Positions 1-8,697 of a stretch of 38,185 nucleotides of DNA are shown here, one piece after another. Origin of the DNA: Candidatus Methylomirabilia bacterium. GTDB taxonomy: Bacteria; Methylomirabilota; Methylomirabilia; Rokubacteriales; CSP1-6. Under the pieces are notes generated by a model, which was not told the DNA's origin, did not search any database, and was given only the letters and a program-made list of their open reading frames with translations. The position numbers and the translations under genes are program-made. How positions within the stretch are numbered: the stretch's first letter is position 1; every line of letters begins with the position of its first letter. The stretch covers positions 1 to 38,185 of the forward strand of contig JBGQHJ010000029.1 of assembly GCA_041497895.1 (NCBI GenBank), read 5' to 3'.

Positions 1-600
1 GACATCCAGCAGGGCATCGGTACGAGCGGGGTGAAGGCCGCCATCATCAAGTGCGCCACCGACACCGCCGGGGTGACTCCGGTCATCGAGAACATCCTGC
101 GCGCCTCCGCGCGCGCCCAGAAGGCCACCGGGGTGCCGATCTCGACCCACACCTGGGCCGCCGGCCGCACCGGGGAAGCCCAGCAGGCCATCTTCGCCCA
201 GGAGGGCGTCGACCTCCGCCGCGTGATCATCGGCCACAGCGGCGACAGCGACGACCTGGGCTACCTGCGCGGCCTCATGGAGCGCGGGAGCACGATCGGG
301 ATGGACCGCTTCGGGCTCGAGCACTTCCTGCCGACCGCCAAACGGGTCGACGTCATCGCCCGGCTGTGCGCCGAGGGCTACGCCCCGCGCATGGTGCTCT
401 CGCACGACGCCAACTGCTGGAGCGACATGCTCTCCGAGGACGACAAGCGGCGCACCCGCCCGCTCTGGCACTACAACCACATCCCGGACGACATCCTGCC
501 CGCCCTGCGCAAGGCGGGGGTGAGCGACGACCAGATCGAGCAGATGCTGGTGCGCAATCCCCGGGCGATCTTCGAGGCCCGGAAGGAGGCGGCGGCGTGA
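1..600 (+). CDS. Phosphotriesterase-family (PTE/PHP-like) metallohydrolase, 5' end outside window
   Basis: Frame open from base 1 (DIQQGIGTSGVKAAIIK). PTE-type motifs: carboxylated-Lys region AIIKCA, ISTHT, IIGHSG, GMDRFG, LSHD, NPRAIF. Confidence 0.88.
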   Translation, partial: DIQQGIGTSGVKAAIIKCATDTAGVTPVIENILRASARAQKATGVPISTHTWAAGRTGEAQQAIFAQEGVDLRRVIIGHSGDSDDLGYLRGLMERGSTIGMDRFGLEHFLPTAKRVDVIARLCAEGYAPRMVLSHDANCWSDMLSEDDKRRTRPLWHYNHIPDDILPALRKAGVSDDQIEQMLVRNPRAIFEARKEAAA

Positions 601-1562
601 TGCCGGTGGTGCTGGGCACCGGCGCCTACCGCTACGAGGTCGACGACCGCTGGGCGAAGCTCCCGCCGGGCCGCGAGTTCAACGCCGACGTGGCCGCGGT
701 CGGGGTCGACGCGCAGGATCGCGTCTACGCCTTCAACCGCGGCGCGCACCCGATAGTGGTCTTCGACCGCGAGGGCAACTTCCTGCGCTCGTGGGGGGAG
801 GGCGTGTTCCACCGCCCCCACGGCGTCCACGTCGCGCCCGACGACACCCTCTGGCTCACCGACGACGGCGACCACGCCGTCCGGCACTGCACGCTCGACG
901 GCAAGGTCCTCCTGACCATCGGCATCCCGGAAACGCCCACGCCCTACATGAGCGGCGCGCCGTTCCACCGCTGCACCCACACCGCGCTCTCGCCCCAGGG
1001 CGATCTCTACGTCTCCGACGGCTACGGCAACGCGCGCGTGCACAAGTACGCCCCCGACGGCCGGCTCCTCCTCTCGTGGGGCGAGCCCGGCACCGATCCG
1101 GGGCAGTTCAACATCCCGCACAACATCTGCTGCGACGGAGACGGCTGGGTCTACGTGGCCGACCGCGAGAACCATCGGATCCAGGTCTTCGACGGCAACG
1201 GCCGGTTCGAGACCCAGTGGCACGACATGCACCGCCCGTCGGGGCTGCACCTCGAGCGCGGCGGCGAGGGACGCTTCTACGTGGGCGAGATCGGCGGCGC
1301 GCTGCCGGTCAACTACGACGTGCCCAACATCGGGCCGCGGGTCGCCATCTACAGCCACCGCGGCGAGCGGCTCGCCCGGCTCGGCAAGCCGCTGGCCGGG
1401 CTCGAGCCCGGCCAGTTCGTCTCGCCCCACGGTCTCGCGGTCGACTCCCGCGGCGACATCTACGTGGGCGAGGTATCATTCACCAACTGGGGCAATCGCT
1501 ACAAGGGCCGGCCCCATCCACCCGGGCTGCGCAGCCTCCAGAAGCTCGTGAAGGTGCGCTGA
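600..1562 (+). CDS. NHL-repeat beta-propeller, peptidyl-alpha-hydroxyglycine lyase (PAL)-like
   Basis: ATG at 600 overlaps the upstream TGA (TGATG). NHL repeats: PHGVHV, YVSDGYGNARVHKY, GQFNIPHNI, YVADRENHRIQVFD, PHGLAVDSRGDIYVGE. The 51..599 part of the track ORF is spurious. Confidence 0.88.
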   Translation: MPVVLGTGAYRYEVDDRWAKLPPGREFNADVAAVGVDAQDRVYAFNRGAHPIVVFDREGNFLRSWGEGVFHRPHGVHVAPDDTLWLTDDGDHAVRHCTLDGKVLLTIGIPETPTPYMSGAPFHRCTHTALSPQGDLYVSDGYGNARVHKYAPDGRLLLSWGEPGTDPGQFNIPHNICCDGDGWVYVADRENHRIQVFDGNGRFETQWHDMHRPSGLHLERGGEGRFYVGEIGGALPVNYDVPNIGPRVAIYSHRGERLARLGKPLAGLEPGQFVSPHGLAVDSRGDIYVGEVSFTNWGNRYKGRPHPPGLRSLQKLVKVR

Positions 1563-1572
1563 GGAGACGAGG

Positions 1573-2205
1573 ATGACCGAGCCGGTGACGCTGACGATCT
1601 TCTCCGACTACGTCTGACCCTGGTGCTATCTCAGTACCGTGCGTATTGAGAAGCTGCGGACCGAGCACGGCGTGAAGATCCAGTGGGTGCACTTCCCCCT
1701 CCACCCCGAGACCCCGCCGGAGGGCCAGTCGATCGAGGAGCTGTTCCGGGGGCGCAACGTGGACCGGAAGGCGATGCACGCGCAGATGAAGGCGCGCATG
1801 GACGCCGAGGGCCTCCCCTACGGCGAGCGCACCATGACATACAACAGCCGCCTGGCCCAGGAGCTCGGAAAGTGGGCGGACACCCAGCCGGGCGGCGAGG
1901 CATTCCACGACGCGATGTTCCGCGCCTACTTCGTCGACGCGCGCGACATCTCGAGGCCCGACGTGCTCCTGGAGATCGCGGGCCGGGTGGGCCTGTCGGT
2001 CGACGCGGCCCGCGAGGTGCTGGAGAAGCGGACGTTCAAGACCGCGGTGGACGAGGACTGGAAGCTCTCGCGCCAGATCGGGGTCACCGGGGTGCCGACC
2101 TTCGTGGCGGGCCCCTACGGCGTCGTCGGGGCGCAGCCCTACGAGACGCTGGAGGCTCTGGTGCTGCGCGCCGCCGGGGAAGACGGCGCCGGCGAGGGGG
2201 ACTAG
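1573..2205 (+). CDS. DsbA/FrnE-family thiol-disulfide oxidoreductase, probable selenoprotein (Sec at TGA 1615-1617, codon 15)
   Basis: SD GAGGAG at 1561-1566 and ATG at 1573 give MTEPVTLTIFSDYV-TGA-PWCYL, in frame with the 1639..2205 ORF. TGA replaces the first Cys of the FrnE SDxxCPWC motif. cis-Pro motif GVPTF is present, and a hairpin follows the TGA. Confidence 0.9.
1625..1654 (+). promoter_or_regulatory. Putative bacterial SECIS element of the DsbA/FrnE gene
   Basis: Core stem UCUCAGUAC (1629-1637) pairs with GUAUUGAGA (1643-1651; one G-U pair), loop CGUGC. Extendable by GCU/AGC with one bulge. The core starts 11 nt after UGA. Confidence 0.75.
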
Positions 2206-2208
2206 CCC

Positions 2209-3138
2209 ATGCCCCTCGCGCCGCCGCGCTTCCACCACCTGCACCTCAACTCGCGGGACCCCGACGCCGCGATCGACTTCTACGTCCGTCGGTTCCCCAC
2301 CAGCGTCAAGACGCGTTGGGGCGGGCTGCTCGCGCTCGCCGCGCCGAACGACGTCCTGGTGTTGTTCGACCGGGTCGCGACGCCGCCCCCGACCTCGCCG
2401 CAGACCGCGATCTGGCACTTCGGCTGGCACGTCCCCGATTCGCGCCGCACCGTGGAGTCCTTCCGGGGCCAGCCCGACGTCGAGCTGTTGCCGCTCTACA
2501 CCGGAGACGATGGCGGCGCGGTGCTCGTGAGCAGCGACACGTGGCCGGGCACGGGCGGCGTGCTGGGCCGGACGATGGCGCAGATCGCGGAGGCCAAGGC
2601 CACCGCGGTGCAGCCGACCCGCACCGGCGGCTTCGGCTACCTGCGGGGGCCCGACGACGCCCTGGTGGAGTACGCGGGCAACCATCCGGCCGAGCGCTTC
2701 AACCACGTGCACCTCTACCACGAGGATCCGTTCTGCGCGCAGCTCTGGTACCAGCGCCACCTCGGCGCGCACGTGCCCGCGGGACGCACGCCGCCCGCCC
2801 CGGTGACCGAGGGCACCTGCCGGGTTCCGCGCGGGTCCGACCGCACGTTCCCCGCGCTCGACCGCGACGGGATGTTCCGCACCCCGTCGGCCGCCGTCGC
2901 CTTCGGCGACGTGGCGTTCCCTTCGTACATGCGCCAGGGCGACCGACCGCTCGTGGGCACCCGCGGGCATCTCTACGACCACTTCGCGCTCGCCGTCGGG
3001 GATCTCGACGCATGGGCGGCCAGGCTCGGCGACGAGGGCATCCCACTCCTCGAGAAGCCCTATCGGCTCGGCGACACCCGGGCGGTGATGATCGAGGGGC
3101 CGAGCCGCGAGGCGATCGAGCTGGTCGAGGTCCGGTAG
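2209..3138 (+). CDS. VOC (glyoxalase/extradiol-type fold) family protein with duplicated modules
   Basis: Repeated VOC motifs FHHLHL...AIDFY and FNHVHL...AQLWY, WHFGW and DHFALAV, GPDDALVEY and GPSREAIELVE. Confidence 0.75.
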   Translation: MPLAPPRFHHLHLNSRDPDAAIDFYVRRFPTSVKTRWGGLLALAAPNDVLVLFDRVATPPPTSPQTAIWHFGWHVPDSRRTVESFRGQPDVELLPLYTGDDGGAVLVSSDTWPGTGGVLGRTMAQIAEAKATAVQPTRTGGFGYLRGPDDALVEYAGNHPAERFNHVHLYHEDPFCAQLWYQRHLGAHVPAGRTPPAPVTEGTCRVPRGSDRTFPALDRDGMFRTPSAAVAFGDVAFPSYMRQGDRPLVGTRGHLYDHFALAVGDLDAWAARLGDEGIPLLEKPYRLGDTRAVMIEGPSREAIELVEVR

Positions 3139-3142
3139 CGCC

Positions 3143-4012
3143 ATGACCGCGCCGCCCCGAACGGTCGGATTCGTCGGCCTGGGCCAGATGGGCTTCGGCA
3201 TGGCCCGGAACCTCCTCAAGGCCGGCCACGACGTGCTGGCCTACGACGTCGCCCCCGAGCCTCTCGCCCGCTTCACCGCCGCGGGCGGACGCGCCGCGCA
3301 GAAGCCGGCGCAGATCGGCGCCGAGTGCCCGAGCGTGCTGGTGATGGTGGTGGACGGGGCGCAGGTCGAGGCCGTCCTCGGCGGACGCGACGGCCTCCTC
3401 ACCACGATGACCTCCGGCACCGTCATGGTGGGCAGCACCATCGCCCTCTCCGAGCTCCTGCCGATCGCCGAGCGCGCCCGCGCGCGCGGGGTGACGGTGA
3501 TCGACTGCCCGGTGAGCGGCGGCGTGAGCGGCGCCGACGCGGGGACGCTGACCCTGCTCTGCGGCGGCGACGCCACCGTCTTCGAGGCGCAGCGACCGCT
3601 CCTGCGGGCGATGGGCGCCAACGTCGTCCACATGGGTCCGCTCGGCGCGGGGCTCGTCGCCAAGGTCGCCAACAACCTCATCATCGGGGTCGGGCGCCTG
3701 GCGATCGGCGAGGCCTTCGCGATGGCCAAGGAGGCCGGCGTCCCCCTGGACCGCCTCTACCACACGCTGCGCACGTGCACCGCCGACAGCTGGATCCTGC
3801 GCTCGCTCGAGGGCGCCATCCTCCGGGGCGAGTACCCGCCCGCCACGTTCCTCGGGCTCAAGGACCTCACCGCGGCGGTGGAGAGCGGGCGCGCGGTGCG
3901 CCAGGCGATGCCGATCACCTCCCTGGCCCGCGAGCTCTACCAGCTCATCGACGCCAAGCTGGGCGGCCTGCACGGGTCGAACGAGGTGCTGCGCTTCTAT
4001 CTCGATCCATGA
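3143..4012 (+). CDS. NAD(P)-dependent beta-hydroxyacid dehydrogenase (3-hydroxyisobutyrate dehydrogenase family)
   Basis: VGFVGLGQMG Rossmann motif, DCPVSGG, and catalytic Lys in AKVANN. Confidence 0.9.
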   Translation: MTAPPRTVGFVGLGQMGFGMARNLLKAGHDVLAYDVAPEPLARFTAAGGRAAQKPAQIGAECPSVLVMVVDGAQVEAVLGGRDGLLTTMTSGTVMVGSTIALSELLPIAERARARGVTVIDCPVSGGVSGADAGTLTLLCGGDATVFEAQRPLLRAMGANVVHMGPLGAGLVAKVANNLIIGVGRLAIGEAFAMAKEAGVPLDRLYHTLRTCTADSWILRSLEGAILRGEYPPATFLGLKDLTAAVESGRAVRQAMPITSLARELYQLIDAKLGGLHGSNEVLRFYLDP

Positions 4013-4058
4013 GGGCTCGACCCGTGGGTGCGGCCGCCCCATCCCGAGGAGCACGCTC

Positions 4059-4868
4059 ATGAGCGATCCCGCGAAGACCGCCTACCGGACCCTGCGTCTG
4101 GAGCGCGAGGGCCCGATCGACTGGCTCACGCTCGACCGGCCGGAGCAGCTCAACGCCCTCGACGGGCCGATGTGCGACGAGCTGCAGGACTACTTCGGCG
4201 GGCTCGTCGGGCGGCCCGAGACCCGCGTGGTGATCCTGCGCGGCGCGGGCCGCGCCTTCTGCGCCGGCTTCGACCTGAAGGCGGCGCAGGACATCACCGC
4301 GGGGCCGGTGCGCGGGATGCGGGCGCAGCGTCACGTCAGCGAGATCATCCGGCGCATGCGGCGCTGCCCGCAGCCGATCGTCGCGTGCGTGCACGGGGCC
4401 GCCGCGGGCGGGGGCTTCGCGCTGGCGCTGGCCGCCGACGTGCGGCTGGCCGCGCCCACCGCCCGCATGAACGTCGCCATGGCGCTCGTGGGCCTGACCG
4501 GCTGCGACATCGGGATCAGCTACTTCCTGCCCCGCACGGTGGGCGCCTCGGTGGCGGCCGAGCTCATGCTGACCGGCCGCTTCATCGACGCCGATCGCGC
4601 GCTCCGGACGGGGCTGGTCTCCGAGGTGGTGGCCGAGGACGCCCTCCCCGCCGCCGCGCGTCGCCTCGCGGCCGACATGCTGCGGCTCTCGCCCCTCGGG
4701 CTCGCGCTCACCAAGGAAGGGCTGGGCCTCGCGATGGGCGCCACCAGCCTCGAGGCCGCGCTAGCCCTCGAGGATCGCGGCCAGATCCTCTGCGCCTCCG
4801 CGGGCTACTTCGCGGAAGGCATCGCCGCCTTTCGCGAGCGCCGGCCGCCGGTGTATCCGGACGCCTAG
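4059..4868 (+). CDS. Enoyl-CoA hydratase/isomerase (crotonase) family protein
   Basis: LDRPEQLNAL, AFCAGFDL and GGGFALALAADVR motifs. SD GAGGAG upstream. Confidence 0.9.
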   Translation: MSDPAKTAYRTLRLEREGPIDWLTLDRPEQLNALDGPMCDELQDYFGGLVGRPETRVVILRGAGRAFCAGFDLKAAQDITAGPVRGMRAQRHVSEIIRRMRRCPQPIVACVHGAAAGGGFALALAADVRLAAPTARMNVAMALVGLTGCDIGISYFLPRTVGASVAAELMLTGRFIDADRALRTGLVSEVVAEDALPAAARRLAADMLRLSPLGLALTKEGLGLAMGATSLEAALALEDRGQILCASAGYFAEGIAAFRERRPPVYPDA

Positions 4869-4872
4869 CCGC

Positions 4873-5706
4873 TCAGGCGGGGCGCGCCCCGTCGACCAGC
4901 GCCGACAGCGCCCGATAGGCCCGCTTCGCCCGCTCGACCGCGGGCAGCTCCGCGGTCGCCCGGCACGGCGCCTCGATGGCGAGCGGCACGCCGGCCGGTA
5001 GCGCCGCCACCAGCTCGCCGAGCGGCAACACCCCCTCGCCCGGCAGGAGCCGGCCGGTCCGCGCCTCGCGGATCAGCGCCGGCGTGTCGGTCGGGCCCGG
5101 CATGTCCGCGGAGGCGTCGCAGATCTGCGCGTACCGGAAGAGCGCGGGGTCCACCTCCCGGATGTGCGCCGGGAGCCCGCCCGAGCGGCTGAAGTGGAGC
5201 GCGTCCACCAGCACCGAGGCGTTCGGCCGCTTCGAGCGGGCCACCATCTGCGCGGCGTGCGCGAGCGTGCGAACGCCGGTGTAGATCGCGAACTCCAGGC
5301 AGACCTGCAGGCCGTACCGCGCGGCCCGGTCGCAGAGGTCGCCGAAGCGCTCGAGGGTGCGGGCCTCGTCGGGCTCGGCGCTCATGACCAGCACGTTCTT
5401 CGCGCCGAGGCGCGCCGAGACCTCGAGGAAACCATCGGGGACGGCCACCGGCTGGTCGGGCTCGAAGCGCAGGAACTCGGTGTCGAGCACCGAGATCCCG
5501 GTGTCGGCCATGCGCTTGAGCGTCTCTCGCAGCATCGGGCCCTCGTGGAGCACGTCGTAGGGCGGCACGCCGACGCTCGGGGTGGCGGTGAGCCGGATGC
5601 CCACGGTGCGGAAGCCGGCGGCCGCCGCCACCGTGATCAGCTCGGGGGGCGTGGTGTCCAGCACGGTGAGATGGGCGAGCGAGATCGGTCGCGAGATCGT
5701 GGCCAT
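4873..5706 (-). CDS. Sugar phosphate isomerase/epimerase (xylose-isomerase-like TIM barrel)
   Basis: Motifs CLEF, VDALHFSRSGG, YAQICDA, RLLPGEGVLPL, AIEAP. Confidence 0.8.
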   Translation of the reverse strand: MATISRPISLAHLTVLDTTPPELITVAAAAGFRTVGIRLTATPSVGVPPYDVLHEGPMLRETLKRMADTGISVLDTEFLRFEPDQPVAVPDGFLEVSARLGAKNVLVMSAEPDEARTLERFGDLCDRAARYGLQVCLEFAIYTGVRTLAHAAQMVARSKRPNASVLVDALHFSRSGGLPAHIREVDPALFRYAQICDASADMPGPTDTPALIREARTGRLLPGEGVLPLGELVAALPAGVPLAIEAPCRATAELPAVERAKRAYRALSALVDGARPA

Positions 5707-5721
5707 GGCGGAGATGGTACC

Positions 5722-6918
5722 TCAGCTCGCGCGAGAGGGTTCCGGGCCCGTACGCTGGCGCGGCAGCCCGAGCGCGAGCAACGCGCCCAGCGCGTTGCTG
5801 CCGCCCGCGATCAGCACCGCGGCGCCGTAGCCGTGGGTCAGGTCGAAGAGCCGCCCGGCGACGATCGGCAGCACGATGGCCGCGGCGCTCCAGGCGATGT
5901 AGACGCGGCTCGCCATGCGGCCGTAGACCGTCCGTCGCCAGTACACCGCGACCGCGGCCGCGGTGAGGCCGGAGACCACGCCGTAGCCGAGCCCGACCAG
6001 CGCCAGGGCGAGCACCGCCATCGTGGAGCCGGGCCAGAGGGTGAGCGCCACGTTACCCGCCAGCGCGACCGCGTTGGCCCCCGCGGCGACGGTCGGAATG
6101 GCGAGCCAGTCCACCATCCACCCGCCACCCAGGCGCCCGGCCGCGATGACCGCGGTGATGGCGGTCGTGCCGTACACCGCGAGCACGGGTCCGCCCCCGT
6201 AGGCGGTGATGATGCCCGCGGCCTGGCTCAGCACCATCAGCCCCGCCGAGGCGGCCAGGAAGAAGACGAGGGAGAGCCGCCAGAACACCGCGCGGCGACG
6301 CTCCTCGGCGCCGAGCGTGACGCTCGAGGTGGCGGCGACGAGCTCGATGCCGGCGTGCGCGGCCAGCCGCGCGCTGACGAGGCCGGTGATGGCCAGCGTC
6401 GCCGCAAAGCCGCCGAGGGCCGCGCGCACCCCGAAGACGCGGATCGCCCAGCCGAAGGTGGGGGCGGCGATCATCGCGCCCGCGGGCAGGAGGCTCACGA
6501 TGTAGCCGTTGACGAGGCCGTGGCGCCCGGTGATCACCAGGTTGACCATCTGCTGGACCAGGATGTACGCGGCGCCGCCGCCAACTCCGAAGCCCACCCC
6601 GTAGCCCACGAGGAGCTGGAGGAGGCCGCCCGCGGTCGCGGCCAGCGCGATGCCCGCCGCGCTCACGCCCGCGCACGCCAGCACGAGCCACGGGGTCGGG
6701 GCGATGCGGTAGAGCGCCGGCGCCAGCATCATTCCGGCCCCGAAGGCGGCGGCGGCCACCGCGAAGACCAGGGCGAGATCCGCCCGGTGGAGCCCGAGCA
6801 GGGCCTCGAGCGGCTGCAGGAAGACGCTGAATGCGTAGAGCGCGCCGAGCGGCGCGATGAGCGCGGTCGCCGCCGCGAGGACGCGCCATGGGCGCCGCCG
6901 GAATTCGGGCTCGCTCAT
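5722..6918 (-). CDS. MFS transporter (oxalate/formate antiporter-like)
   Basis: About 12 hydrophobic segments. LYAFSVFLQPL, YGVGFGVGGGAAY, GRLGGGWMVD, GRLFDLTHGY. Start placed at ATG 6918 (MSEPEF), downstream of a TATACT box. Confidence 0.85.
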   Translation of the reverse strand: MSEPEFRRRPWRVLAAATALIAPLGALYAFSVFLQPLEALLGLHRADLALVFAVAAAAFGAGMMLAPALYRIAPTPWLVLACAGVSAAGIALAATAGGLLQLLVGYGVGFGVGGGAAYILVQQMVNLVITGRHGLVNGYIVSLLPAGAMIAAPTFGWAIRVFGVRAALGGFAATLAITGLVSARLAAHAGIELVAATSSVTLGAEERRRAVFWRLSLVFFLAASAGLMVLSQAAGIITAYGGGPVLAVYGTTAITAVIAAGRLGGGWMVDWLAIPTVAAGANAVALAGNVALTLWPGSTMAVLALALVGLGYGVVSGLTAAAVAVYWRRTVYGRMASRVYIAWSAAAIVLPIVAGRLFDLTHGYGAAVLIAGGSNALGALLALGLPRQRTGPEPSRAS

Positions 6919-6936
6919 TCTCGGTAGGTCGACCAG

Positions 6937-7016
6937 AGTATACGAGAACTCCCGCGTCGACGGGCAGCCCGTGGCTGCCAGAATCCTTGACCCGGACCCC
7001 ACCTAGAGGGCAGGAT
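6937..7016. promoter_or_regulatory. Divergent promoter region (MFS / amidase)
   Basis: Minus strand: TATACT at 6942-6937. Plus strand: TTGACC (6987-6992), 18 nt, CAGGAT (7011-7016). Confidence 0.4.
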
Positions 7017-7039
7017 CGTCGCTTGGTGACCACATAGCC

Positions 7040-8689
7040 ATGACCGCCGACCTCCACGACCTCTCGATCGCCGACCTCTCGCGCCTGATCGCGGCCCACA
7101 CCGTGTCCCCGGTGGAGCTGGCCAACGCGCTGATCCGCCGCGTCGAGCAACACGACGGCCAGACGCGCGCCTTCATCACCCCCACCTTCGAGCTGGCCCG
7201 GAGGCAAGCGCGCCAGGCCGAGGCCGAGATCGCGGCGGGGCGGTCGCGCGGTCCGCTCCACGGCATCCCGTTCGGGCTCAAGGACATCTACGACACCGCG
7301 GGCATCCTCACCTCCGCCCACTCGCGGATCTTCCGAGACCGGATCCCGGCCGAGGACGCCACCACCACCGCGAAGCTCTACGAGGCGGGCGCGGTCCTGC
7401 TCGGCAAGCTCGCCACCCACGAGATGGCCCACGCCGGCCCCTCGTTCGACCTGCCGTGGCCGCCCGCCCGCAACCCGTGGAACCTCGTCCACTTCACCGG
7501 GGGCTCCTCCACCGGCTCCGGGGCCGCGGTGGCCGCGGGAATGGTCCCGGTGGCGCTCGGCTCCGACACCGGAGGCTCGATCCGCGGGCCGGCCTCGCAC
7601 TGCGGCGTGGTCGGCCTCATGCCGACGTTCGGGCTGGTGAGCCGCGCGGGCGTCATCACCAACTCCTACACCTTCGACCACTGCGGCCCGCTGACCCGCA
7701 CCGTGGAGGACGCCGCGCTGGTGCTGCAGGCGCTGGCCGGCCACGACCCGCGCGACGCTGGCAGCCTGCGGCGCCCGATCCCACGATACCGGGACGCGCT
7801 CGGCCCGGACCTGCGCGGCCTCCGGATCGGCGTGCTGCGGCACCACTGGGAGGAGGACCTCCCGGCGTCGGAGGACGTGCGGAAGGCGATGGAGACCGCG
7901 CTCGGCGTGCTGCGCGGGCTGGGCGCGGGGCTCGAGGAGTGCCGCGTGCGCCCGCTCGGCGCCTACTACGACGTCAAGATCATCATCGCGGAGACCGAGA
8001 TCTTCAGCGTCCACCAGCGCGACCTGATCGCGCGACCCGGCGAGTTCGGCGCCGACTTCCGCGCCCGCGCGTTGCCCGCGGTGCTCTTCACCGCCAACGA
8101 CTACGTCCAGGCCACCCGGGAGCACCGGCGCATGATGGTCGAGATGGAGCCGCTCTACGCGCGCTTCGACGCCTTCGTCACCGCCGGCCTCGGCGAGGCC
8201 CCGCGGCTCGGCGACTACCGGAGCGTCTCGTTCTGGCAGAAGCCGAGCGCGCTCACCGCGTGGAACGTCACCGGCCAGCCGGTGCTGGCGCTGCCGAACG
8301 GCTTCGGGCGGAACGGGCTGCCGCTCGGCATGCAGATCCTCGGCCGGCCGTTCGGCGAGCCGACCATCCTGCGCGTGGGTCACGCCTACGAGCGGGCCAC
8401 CGAGTGGCACCGGCGGCGGCCCACGCTCGTGCCCGGAGCGACCGCGCCCGCGGTCACGCCCCCGCCGGTGCTCTCGGGCCCCGCGGACCAGGCCGACCCC
8501 CGCCTGCGCGAGCAGTGCGCGCAGGCCGCGCGGCGCGCCGGCCTCGCGCTCGACGACCTCATGCTCGCCCAGCTCTGCGAGGGCGCCCCGTACGCGCTCG
8601 CGATGGTGGAGCGTCTCCGCCGCGACCACGGGCTCGCCCACGAGCCCGCGAACGTGTTCACCTTCCCGCCCGCCCGCCTCGGCGACTAG
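7040..8689 (+). CDS. Amidase-signature (GatA/AtzE-like) amidase with a C-terminal extension
   Basis: GPLHGIPFGLKD (Lys), TGGSSTGSG and GSDTGGSIRGPA give the Ser-cisSer-Lys triad. About 85 extra residues follow the usual end (YERATEWH). Confidence 0.92.
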   Translation: MTADLHDLSIADLSRLIAAHTVSPVELANALIRRVEQHDGQTRAFITPTFELARRQARQAEAEIAAGRSRGPLHGIPFGLKDIYDTAGILTSAHSRIFRDRIPAEDATTTAKLYEAGAVLLGKLATHEMAHAGPSFDLPWPPARNPWNLVHFTGGSSTGSGAAVAAGMVPVALGSDTGGSIRGPASHCGVVGLMPTFGLVSRAGVITNSYTFDHCGPLTRTVEDAALVLQALAGHDPRDAGSLRRPIPRYRDALGPDLRGLRIGVLRHHWEEDLPASEDVRKAMETALGVLRGLGAGLEECRVRPLGAYYDVKIIIAETEIFSVHQRDLIARPGEFGADFRARALPAVLFTANDYVQATREHRRMMVEMEPLYARFDAFVTAGLGEAPRLGDYRSVSFWQKPSALTAWNVTGQPVLALPNGFGRNGLPLGMQILGRPFGEPTILRVGHAYERATEWHRRRPTLVPGATAPAVTPPPVLSGPADQADPRLREQCAQAARRAGLALDDLMLAQLCEGAPYALAMVERLRRDHGLAHEPANVFTFPPARLGD

Positions 8690-8697
8690 CCCCTGCC

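Noticed and set aside
6053..8641. Long antisense ORFs (862 aa here; also 1480..3219, 22076..24418, 29948..31810)
   Set aside because: Shadow ORFs opposite well-supported genes, with no recognisable motifs.
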